DNA of 63,997 bases, the filler included, from Choristocarpus tenellus KU-1152 (taxonomy: Eukaryota > Protista > Phaeophyceae), in assembly GCA_964200185.2 (NCBI GenBank). It is 10 parts of 10 records of this genome, joined end to end, with 100 filler letters (N's around TTAATTAATTAA, not from the genome) between each part and the next. Parts side by side here need not be neighbours in the genome. Positions count along the whole stretch, not along the records: positions 1 to 7,151 come from CAXNAD020006613.1; positions 7,252 to 16,042 come from CAXNAD020004328.1; 8 more parts are not named here. One strand, given 5' to 3'. The notes beneath the pieces are model-generated. The model was not told the DNA's origin. It saw only the letters and a list, made by a program, of their open reading frames with translations, and searched no databases. The position numbers were made by a program, and so were the translations under genes. Shown piece by piece: positions 1-10,115 of the stretch; within the stretch, counting starts at the first letter, position 1; every line of letters begins with the position of its first letter.

Positions 1-524
1 CCCCCTCCCCCCCCCTTTTTTATGAGGGCAAGCGAGATTGGACGAGGTTGGCAAACGCGCTGGGTCATTGAGGGGCTTGGAGTCTCATCGAGGTTTGACC
101 GCTCTGAAAGAACCACAGAGGAAATATTGACTACTTGCTGTTCTCAGACTGTTCTCAGACTGTTCTCAGACCGGACATGTGTAGAGTGGTAGGGGGAGGT
201 TCTTCAATGTGAGAATTTGGATAGTTTTTCGAATGTACTAAGTATGTATATGTATATTATATATATATATATATATTTTAATATTTCCTGGTCAGAGGTG
301 GTAGTAGTGTGCCACAGTGCAATTGTAGGGGTGTCACAGTGTCTTTGAAAGCAACTAATTCGATGGTTCCCCCCCCCCTCTTCTTGGATGATGGCGGCAA
401 TTGTGTTCGGAGTGTCTGTTATGAGAGAGCCCATACTGATGTCACCTCCGGTGAACAGGTTGGAGATGCCCAGATCGCGCTCAACCAAATTTTTTGCTGG
501 GATTTGGTTCTGGAGTGTGAAGGA

Positions 525-613
525 TTAGTTATAGGATTTGGGGTAGGGTTAGGGTCAGATTTGGGGTAGGGTTAGGTTTAGCGCTGGGTTTATTGCTGGG
601 ATTAGAGTTAAGG
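525..613 (+). repeat. Degenerate telomere-like (TTAGGG) tract
   Basis: GGGTAGGGTTAGGGTCAG...GGGGTAGGGTTAGGTTTAG...ATTAGAGTTAAGG. Confidence 0.65.
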
Positions 614-782
614 CTATAAATGTTACTGCAAGACTCTACTTGCAGCCCCGATGATCTTGTCTCTCTTTTTTGTTTTGACCTCTCTTGAAACTTTTTTTTT
701 CACAGGCTCTATTGGTTCTTACTGCCCCCGCTTGCCAATCAAACTACTTGCACTGCCAGTGTGATACACAACAACTAATCAC

Positions 783-900
783 ACTACTGTGCTTGTACTG
801 TGCTTGTACTTGTACTGTGCTTGTACCATTCTGTTGTGTACCATACCTAACCATACTGTTGTGTACTGTACTGTGCTTGTACCATACTGTTGGTACTACT
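783..900. repeat. Degenerate TACTGTGCTTG/TACCATACTG minisatellite
   Basis: Repeated tactgtgcttg and taccatactgttg units. Confidence 0.7.
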
Positions 901-1232
901 CACTCTCACCCCAATTGAATACTGATGGGGGGAACCCCGAGATAAGAGATGAGGACTGAAACAAGTGCATAAAATAAAGACATAAAATAAAGACAGTGCC
1001 AAGACAAAGAAAAATAATAAGGACTAGTCTGATAAATAAAAGAATAAGACAAAGTTAAACCTTCAGTCGAGAAATACTGTCACTGCTACACTCACACACT
1101 CACACCTGACCCCAATTGGTACCCCAATTGTATGTAGGCAAAAAGAAAAAGAAGGTCGAACTAATTTATGACAAAATATGTTTTTTTTCTTTACAAAACA
1201 AATACGGGAAGATAAGTCTAATGAGCATAACA

Positions 1233-1278
1233 ATAACCCTAACCCTAACTAACATAGCAACAACCCTAACCCTAACTA
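1233..1278 (-). repeat. Telomere-like (CCCTAA)n tracts
   Basis: taaccctaaccctaac and aaccctaaccctaac. Confidence 0.7.
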
Positions 1279-1548
1279 TCATAACAATAACAAAAAGAGT
1301 TTCAATTTTGAATATTCTAGTTTATGACAGTAAAAAAGGTTCTAACTGAATTTTGACCGAGACGAGAGTCTTAACTAAATTTCAAAAAAAAGAAAACAAC
1401 CAAGAAAAGGGTCTTTTTTGTGTGGACTACTTCACGAAACTGGTGTAAGGGAGAAAAAAAAAAGTTCTCTGTCAGTAATATTAAGACTTTTTTTGCCATG
1501 TATATATATATGATCAAACACATTGAAGTATATATTTGTAACCAAATT

Positions 1549-1551
<3 letters not shown>

Positions 1552-1586
<35 letters not shown>
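1552..1586. repeat. (CA)n microsatellite
   Basis: Perfect CA run. Confidence 0.95.
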
Positions 1587-1588
<2 letters not shown>

Positions 1589-1619
1589 TGTTTCTATTTG
1601 GTTTGCAACAATTGTTCAG

Positions 1620-4542
1620 GAGATTGTGGGGGACGTGAGGGAAAACATTTGCCGGGTGAGGAACTCTGTGGCGGCCCTGAGGTGCGATTGATAGCGTGAT
1701 TGATAATAAGAAAAAAAAATAATAGCCTCATGTTTCGGGGCTCTGATGTTTCATTTGATCTCGAGTCTCTATTCTCAAATGTTTATAGTATTTTATTTTT
1801 ATTTTGTGGTATATTTATATTTATATTTGTATGTGTATTTATATTTTGAAGTTCATTTGATTCGCACTTGGAATAACAGTGTGTGGAAAAGAAAGCACAT
1901 TTTTTATTATTCTTTGCAGAGCCCTCCCCTCCTCCTCCCGTGGAAAAAATTTAATTCTTGGCCACCTTTTGTCCATTGAGAGTCACGAATGAGATGGTGA
2001 AAGGCACTAGTAGTCATGATATACATCTGATATACATCTAATCACTCTATGCATAGAGGTAGCCTTACTGCATTGTATTTAAGGCATACTCCAGCGTACA
2101 TAGTACATGGCAGGCGTCGACGGTATTGGTCATAGCGCGGCATAGCAGATCACCCCTCGTGCGTTTCACACGCATTTATTTTTATTCATTTCTGTGCGAT
2201 TTTTGAGGGGTGGAGGGTCATCGTCTCCCAGTAGTTGGATGTCCATGGCTAGTAGTTCTCTTGCTGACCTGTTAGTTTACTGGGGTGTATACAATCTGTG
2301 CAATTTTTTTTTAACTTTTTTTTAATGCTGAAATTGTCTCACTGGCAAAAATAGTTGTGAGTCATGCCAATAACTGAAAGGTATATACCTTTTTTTTTTT
2401 TCTTTTTTTCGTTTTAAGCCTGTTTTTAATAAACCCTTGTGCAATAATACACCCTATTTTTTTGTGTTTCTTGCTCGTGTGCAATATAGGCCACTTAAGG
2501 AGCATGATGTCACTGCAGAGGAGAGGCTGATTGATAAAAGCCCAACCTAATGATAATTGAAGAAAACACATTTTTTCTTTTGTGTACAAGAAATTGCCAT
2601 TATCTCGGGATACTTGTATTGTAATGATGTATACATCGCAGATAGTATTATTCACTGTGTGTATTTTTGGGGGGGGGTGAGGGGAGGGGGGTTTCTACAA
2701 ACTAGTTATTCGGTGACTTTCTGCTTATCCATACGATGGTTTCAACTGCATAAATATTTACAGTATGCTCTGATTTGCTTTTTAGAGTAAAATTAATTTA
2801 TTTATAATTTTTTCTGTTGTTGTGTGTCATACTCTCCCTCCAACCTACAGAGTAGAAGGCATTCCTGAAACTGCTTTTGTGTGTAGAACAATGGCAGGGT
2901 TTTTGTAGAGAGCTCTGTGTGCTGATTGGTGGATTAGCCCACACTTGCTTGGTACATGATGTTTTTTTTTCTTTCTTGAAACGATTTGACTGTGTCTACT
3001 TCATTAAGAAAAAAAGAGCCAGCATACAGTCTGCTGAGAAACATTGTCAGAGAGGATATGCAAAGAAATAATAGTAGAAGGAAAAAAACAAACTGATACA
3101 TATACGTATGTATATTTTCTAAATAATGTATGTATGCATATATGTGGCAATATGAAAGAACAGATATAGAAAAGGATCTGGTAGATACGGAAATGTAAGA
3201 AAATGCAGAATATATATCAGTATTTATAAGTTTTTGTGAACTGAAGGGTTTGGTGTGCTGATTGACTCAAGAGCCTTCCGTGTATGTAGTAAGTACTCTG
3301 TTAAATTTGAATTAGAAATTGTGTAGTAAGTACTCTGTTCAATTTGAATTAGAAATTGTGTAGTAAGTACTCTGTTCCATTTGAATTAGAAATTGTGTAG
3401 TAAGTACTCTGTTCAATTTGAAGTAGAAATTGTGTAGTAAGTACTCTGTTCAATCTGAAGTAGAAATTGTGTAGTAAGTACTCTCTCCAATTTGAAGTAG
3501 AAATTGTGTTGAGCACTAAGGTGGGGCTGCTGAGGGGAAATTTTGGCAGTATATAAAAAGAATTATAGAGTGAGTCATTCTGTGATTTGGCTTCTCTCAC
3601 AGTAATGTTATGCCATACAAGTGTTTCAACCATGATAACGCGTTTTTTTTAACTGCTGGGTACATGTCTTTGCCTGTGGCGCTACCGGGTCAGGCTGGGT
3701 TCCTTGTCTTGAGTCGATTTTTGGATCAAGAATTAGGGTTTAAAGATAATATTTCTTGTAATTTAAGAACAGTACTGACCTGAGAAGTGTATTGAATACC
3801 ACGTTTAATTATGTCTAGATTATGCTGCATTTGTAAAACAATATTGAATTAAAGGTGTTTACTTTTTTGTTGTTTAGGTAAAACATAACCTGTCTTCAGA
3901 CGCACAAATGTATAAAGAACCGTCGTCATTTTGAGTAGGGTTAGGGTTAGGGTTAGTATATGGTACATAAAGCAACTCTTACCTAGAAACAATAATGTAA
4001 ATGTTAGTCTTATTAATAGTGCAGTGGATCGAGAAAAAAAACTTGGGGGTGGGGGGAGGGGGGTGGGAAGGAATGTTACAAACTCTTTACACTATTACCT
4101 CGTTGNNNNNNNNNNTAGTGTTTTGTGTTGAGGGCTTGGATTCGTATTTCACCTTAGGGCGTGTCGTTTGGGGGTGGGAAGGAATGTTACAAACTCTTTA
4201 CACTATTACCTCGTTGAGTGTTTTAAAACTAAGACAAGTGTCCTTCCCTTTGCTGGTGGCCCCTCCCTCCCTTCGTCTGTGCTCACCTCGACAATTAACA
4301 TCTTGTAAGGCTTTGCTCATATGATCTGAATCCTCGACCTTGTTTGCTGTTTTGTCACATCTTTTGACACATCTTTTGTCACATCTTTTGACACATCTTC
4401 CTTTGTTTCTCGTCAGGGATGTGTTTCAAGTGATCGCCCCCGATACCATCATGGGGGTATACACTAAAAGTGTGAAGCTGGGCATGGCGCCCAAGGACAT
4501 GCTGGCAGGGGAGGTTGTGCTTGCTCTAACTGGCAGGGATAC
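1620..4542 (+). CDS. Putative spliced ORF of unknown function (candidate exons 1620-1681, 4417-4542)
   Basis: Two GC-richer blocks in AT-rich DNA, each bounded by cag|...|gt and phase-compatible; they join to EIVGDVRENICRVRNSVAALRDVFQVIAPDTIMGVYTKSVKLGMAPKDMLAGEVVLALTGRD. No family recognised. Confidence 0.4.
3284..3509. repeat. 37-bp minisatellite, ~6 head-to-tail copies
   Basis: Unit GTGTAGTAAGTACTCTGTTCAATTTGAA(T/G)TAGAAATT starting at ~3284, 3321, 3358, 3395, 3432, 3469; no spacers. Confidence 0.95.
3936..3956 (+). repeat. Interstitial (TTAGGG)3 telomere-like tract
   Basis: gtagggttagggttagggttag. Confidence 0.75.
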
Positions 4543-5457
4543 GTGAGATTCCTCTCGTGTCCGCTACACACTAGTAGACTTGAGCGGCATCATAGAGTTA
4601 ATACTTATAGAAGCACTTTCAAGCTTGGAGGGCCAGAAGGGATGGATGGCGCCCTCTTATAGCCTGAAAAGTGGTGACAAGGGAATTTACCCTCTCTTAT
4701 ATCCCGTTTTCTTTAATACCGACCTCTCTTATATAGGTAAACAGACTGTACCTGTATAATCTTTAAAATATATATATATATATATATTCTACAAAATATG
4801 GCTGTGTAGGAAGGCGTCTGTTTCTTGTGTTCATGTATAGTTTGACAACAGCTGTATCGTATAGGAAGGCTGTGACGGAAGGTTGCTGCATTTGTTGTGT
4901 GTTTCTCATGTTGCCTCTTTCTCCCCCCACTGTGACCTCCAACTTCTTTGGAAGATATCAATGGGTATGAAAAGTTTGAGTCATACTAACCGAGGGGCAT
5001 ACTCAGTTGAGTTACTAATTTGTTAGAGGATCCCATCAAATGGCCAAAGTACATGCCTTCTTGTACATTACGATTGTGGCGATCTTTTAGTCAGTCTCGC
5101 TTTTTTAGCAACATATTCGATTTTTTCGTGGATTCTATTATGTTGTCCAAATAGTATGTAGGAGAATAGGGCATGTACATTTGCAAGGGGTTGAAGAAAA
5201 TGCATATAGTGCAAAACGCCTAAAACATGAATCTTTCGGTTAGTACAACACTTTCTTACTCGAGGTATACTTTTTTTTTTTATCAGGTTACCACTTTCAA
5301 TGCGACTTAAGGGGCACTGCTTTAATAATGTAAGAAGCCGTTTTTCGTACTATGTTTCCCCTACAGCCCCACCGCCTCCCTCTTGGTACACATGATAATC
5401 TGTAATTGACTTTGAATGGAATTTGCGTTGAGCTTCTATTATGATAAATTGATCAGC

Positions 5458-5510
5458 TCTACTACTACTACTACTACTACTACTACTATTACTATTACTT
5501 CGTACTACTT
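5458..5510. repeat. (CTA)n microsatellite
   Basis: ctactactac... run. Confidence 0.9.
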
Positions 5511-7151
5511 ATATTTCAACTGTCCTGTACATCGTTTGAAGTGAAGATTCGATAATAGGAGTGAGACACGTTCGGATGTGTTTTTTGTTCATTCCCAGCA
5601 ATGTTTGCATTTTTATCTTTTCGGCACGGGGAGGAGAGATTAGACCTACACCCAAGACTTTTTTTTGCACAAGTATAAAATGACTCTTTGATGTACTTGG
5701 TGGGTTGACTCTGGCTAGTCTGGGAGGTCACAGGTTACAGTGGGTGATATGCCTTCAGAGGGAAGGATGGTGGGTGGTATTGTAGTGGTAGCTGTAGGGG
5801 TAATCTATTCCGAAGGTGTAAGAGCCCAATATATGTTCCCTCTCTCTTCTGTAAGTGCTGCCCCCTGTAAAGTACATGGGATCAAATTATTAATTGTGGT
5901 GATAAGTACCAGAAGGTTGCCAGCATGATACATACTGTGGTAAAGCAAGGGAAGTTGTCAAGATTCATGTGATGAATTACTAATATTGATAACACTCAAG
6001 GCCATTTTTGAGGGATTATAACACACACCACTAATCATACTTCCAATATGATGGTACAAAATAGTCTTTTTTGGTCGATGGAATGGTCAGTGCCATATTT
6101 TAAGCAACGAAAATACAACAGGATGCTTTCACTCTGGCTCTACCCATTGGTACCTCACTCTTCTTGTTGTTGTTGGGGTCAGCACGTTCTTAGGTGTAAC
6201 TGTTAGTCTGCAGGTTCGCTTTGTGAAATGCGTGAATATGAACTGGTCTAATTGAAATGTTGGTGCATCCCCCAGGTGTAAGAATATATATATATATATA
6301 TATTTGCTTCACTTTACTCTGGGGGTCCATGGTCAGAGGCACTATACAATGCACTCCTTCTCATACTATCTACTGTGCCTGTTACACTGTGACTATTTGT
6401 ACTGTATCCGTTTGTGCCTTGCTTCCTATGTGTTGGGTTCAACCGCCTCACAGTTTGTCATTCTGCCTCGTACTACTAATCTTCTGCTGGACGTGCTTTG
6501 ATGTTGTTAGACAATGATTTCTTGTGACCCTTCTTGGTTCAGCCTTTTTTTTATTTTTTGTGGTATGGCGGCAGATAGTATAGTACAGGTGTACAATCCT
6601 TAGTCCTTGTCAAATGGGCTTTGGATGGTGGAAACATTTCCATGAAAGAATTCTGTGACTTCGATGGGGTTTCAAGGCATGAAATTCATGCAGGGGGAAA
6701 GCTACCATTAACCACTGAACCATGAGGAAAAAATAATATGTGCTTTGAATCATTAGCAAAAATCTTTCTTGAAGGAAGCAGAGAGGGAGAGGCAAAGGTC
6801 TGGGGATACACTCTGAAATGAGCTCGTGACTTTGTTGCTTTTTTGGCTACAGAATGGGTGATGCGTATTCACACTGTTTTCCCATCTAGTTGTCTTCCTT
6901 GTTTTACAACCTGTTCCCAACTCTTCTTGAGGCTTTACTTCCCCTTCGTTCTTCCTTCAATCAGAAGTAGAATAGGGTTCTTGGCCCATAGCATCCTAAG
7001 GGGTGGAGGGAGTTAGGTTAGGTAGTCCGTTCGAGGCTTGATGGGGTGTTGTGAAACACCCCAGTTTGATGACCGTTTGGCTGGTAAATTTTCTTTGGAT
7101 CTGGTCCAGGTCGGGGGGCGGAAAAGGAAGGACAATCCGGATGAACGAAAC

Positions 7152-7251
7152 NNNNNNNNNNNNNNNNNNNNNNNNNNNNNNNNNNNNNNNNNNNNTTAAT
7201 TAATTAANNNNNNNNNNNNNNNNNNNNNNNNNNNNNNNNNNNNNNNNNNNN
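7152..7251. other. Artificial contig-joining spacer (N-run/TTAATTAATTAA/N-run); same spacer at 16043-16142, 18915-19014, 27194-27293, 32263-32362, 35844-35943, 53285-53384, 57164-57263, 61323-61422
   Basis: Identical 100-nt structure nine times; TTAATTAATTAA gives stops in all six frames. Confidence 0.97.
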
Positions 7252-7404
7252 AGGTCTACAACAGGGTGTTCACTTGGACCGAAATCAGGAAAGGTGCATT
7301 GACATTATCCATCTGACGTATGCAAACCAAATCACCCAAGAATTGTGACATGAAAAATTTGCCCCCAAATGGACAGCCGCCACCCCTGCCAGATACTTTG
7401 AGCC
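7252..7404 (+). mobile_element. Poly-G-TIR MITE-like element, partial copy (truncated by gap)
   Basis: Matches the 25246-25425 copy; ends ...ccagatactttgagcc. Confidence 0.85.
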
Positions 7405-8639
7405 ACTCCACACCAGAGGAAAGCTTTTTGGAAAAGTATTATTGTAGTCTTTTGGGCATTGAGGCACGCTACTATAAGAGGGACCAGTGATCGCCATTGT
7501 CGTCATGAAGGGCTGTAACATACCCCTGGTTGAGATGCCCTGTTCCAATGACCCATATATATATGTTGATTGTTTCCTGAAAGTGTTAGCTCCTCCCCCC
7601 ACAGTACACCACAGAGGTCAAATGTGTATGCCTGCTATAAACCACAACGGTTATATTTTCCCTCTGACAAGATCTTGCTTGAAAGAAAATTTACTAATGT
7701 TTTTCTAATTTACCTGTAGTACTGCATGTCCAACTACATGGCACAGTCATCTCACAATTATTCGGATACGAATTAGTCATACAACTACGCTGGAGTGCTT
7801 TCCCCCTCTCTCTTGGATTCTTGTTCCTCTTCTTCATTTGTACAATGCTGCTTCTTGTTCTTTCTACAAATAATTGACATGATGAACCACTACTCTTAAA
7901 AGTAGTAGTGCGGCACAGTTAATGCATCCATGACTTCCCACCCCTCCCCACTTGTACTTTATTGCTAATACATAATGTGCTGCCCAGTTTTCCAAAACTC
8001 TGAAAAGAAGCATAAGCAGATGACGAATAAACAGGTAAACCATACCAAGCACATCCTTAAACCCTCCGCAGCATTTTTATTTACGACGCTCCCAGAGCCC
8101 AGTATGCTTCCAATCCGAGGTAGCAAGCAAAGCACAAGTTCGACAAAAAGATAGACCAAGGACCTTCCTTTCCTGACTCCAATACACCAAGTAAAAAAGA
8201 GAAAGACACACAGCAAGACTAAACTCAAAGAGCAAACTGGAAACATCGAAAGATAAAGCAAAGTTGTCTCCTCAATGGAATTCCAGCAGAACCTTACCCC
8301 TTCAGAGTCAACACAACAGTACACAAATACTCCGGAGTATTTCTCAGCATAGCACAGCAGTGCTATCATGGCTTTATGCAGTACGTATGTACCAAGATGA
8401 GAACTTTTCTCATATAGCATTTACTTTACTTGATACATGCTGTCATACCAGTCATCAGAATAAAGAACAAGGATCTAATGGTGGTTTCCCACCCTTTCAA
8501 AATCCAAACCAGCCTCAAACACATCATGCTTGAACCCTGCCTATTACACGCCCAAGATGACAAGCATCTAGCCAAAACATATCACTGGAGGAGCTGCTTG
8601 GACCAGATATCTCACATAGGCTACTCTTGTGCAAGCTGA

Positions 8640-9220
8640 CAGTTCTTCCTGTGCAACCTCCTGTGCACCAGCCATTGCACCTCGTACACAGTCGTGGCTG
8701 CTGCGTAACTGACACTCCCTCCTAATCGCAAAGTCTCTCATAGAAAATTTCTACCTACCTTCTGCGGCACTCCTGATCTCACTTCCTGCTCCTGGCAGCT
8801 CTTCCTTCAAGATTTGAATAACGCCTTTCACAACCCCTATGGTCGTCAGTCCAGGTCATAGCGATATTTCTAGCATAAGCTTCCCCAAACCATTCCCCCT
8901 CTTCTAGTGTGTCCTAGGTGGATGACACCCCCAGACGTTATCTCCCATACCCAGGAAATTCTGCAGCCTAAGGCACTATAAGGTACACATGACCTTGGGG
9001 GGACAGGTGTCGATCTAACCCCGAAGGAACAAAGTCATGAGTTACTCCATTGCCATGGTCTTGGGCAATGTTATGAGCTCTGGGCGTAGAGCAAAGACCC
9101 CAATCCTCATCCTTAGAAAGGTGAGGATCAAGAAAGAGCGCACCACATAATGCCTCCATCATAGAACCCGGAACCTTGGTGGAGAACACGACTGCAAAAT
9201 AGGCAGCCATTACTGCCACT
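8640..9220 (-). mobile_element. Possible highly degenerate Copia-like pol remnant
   Basis: VPGSMMEALCG...WGLCSTPRAHNI resembles the Copia RT N-terminus (EPxSxxEAL...WxLxxxPxxxN); SYAAATTVYEVQWL resembles RNase H EYxA...ExxWL; weak. Confidence 0.25.
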
Positions 9221-10115
9221 TTTCGTGTGTTACTGACACATCATACATTCCCACTTCATGTCCTTGTGGTATAGAGGTGTCAGTGTGTTTTTCGGGAGGA
9301 ATTCCTTAAACATCTGATATGACCCTATGGCGAACATACATCCGCCTTGCAGGAGAACTGTTGTCACCAACTGCTGTCAAAGGAACACTGATGAGGGTGC
9401 AGCCCTGTAACCGCATTGGCTGAGCCACCCTTATGTGTAGAAAACCGCTACTCTGTCCTATCTTTTCTCCTTCCTAAGTTATTATCTCCAGATGAGGACT
9501 CAATGTCCACCGCAGTCCTTAGCGCCGACAACGCGCTCATCACAATATGCTTTATACTGCAGGTCTTCCTCGCCGACATTTGACCCACCTTAGTTTCGTG
9601 ATATTTGGGTCCTTCAAGCGTTCTACGGTCATTCTACCCAGGGTTTGCTATTCCCCTGCTAGGAAGATTTCGACCACAAATCTGGACCTTGTGGGCAATT
9701 TAGTGCTCTGCGTTCTATCCTACGGTAAGATCTCGAGAATTCGATGGATTTGTGGTCATTTTGTTGTCCTTCAGTCTGAACCTCGGCGCCTTAGGATTGC
9801 ATAGGCCATAAAACATAATGACACCATACTATCTTATAACTACAACAACTACTACTACTACTACTATCGTACCCTACTAAGTAGTAGGAACCTTATTGTA
9901 TACATGGAACATACAAGCATCATTGTGATTATTGCAAACTTACTTATTATTTCGATCCAAGCAAAGGGTACACCTTAATTAGTCGCTAAAATTGGATTGC
10001 GGACTGTGCATTGAGAAGAACATCATCAAATAGAAACGACCAACGAAGAACGATATCTATCGAAATTTGAGGTCATTGGAAGTGTTTGTGTGTTTTCGTG
10101 TGTGTCTCTGTACTT

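Noticed and set aside
3284-3509. 37-bp repeats as a CRISPR array
   Set aside because: Units are contiguous with no unique spacers, there are no cas genes, and the context is eukaryotic.
4061-4216. Direct repeat around the 10-N gap (4061-4105 vs ~4171-4215)
   Set aside because: Identical sequence on both sides of a scaffold gap is most simply an unmerged overlap.
5516-5731. FYTCAKKSLGC...H...H as a FLYWCH/WRKY-like finger of a MULE transposase
   Set aside because: Ligand spacing is atypical and no adjoining DDE domain was recognisable.
7152-7251. Recurring TTAATTAATTAA motif inside N-runs as a biological repeat or recombination site
   Set aside because: Identical 100-nt construct at every large gap with six-frame stops: an assembly linker.
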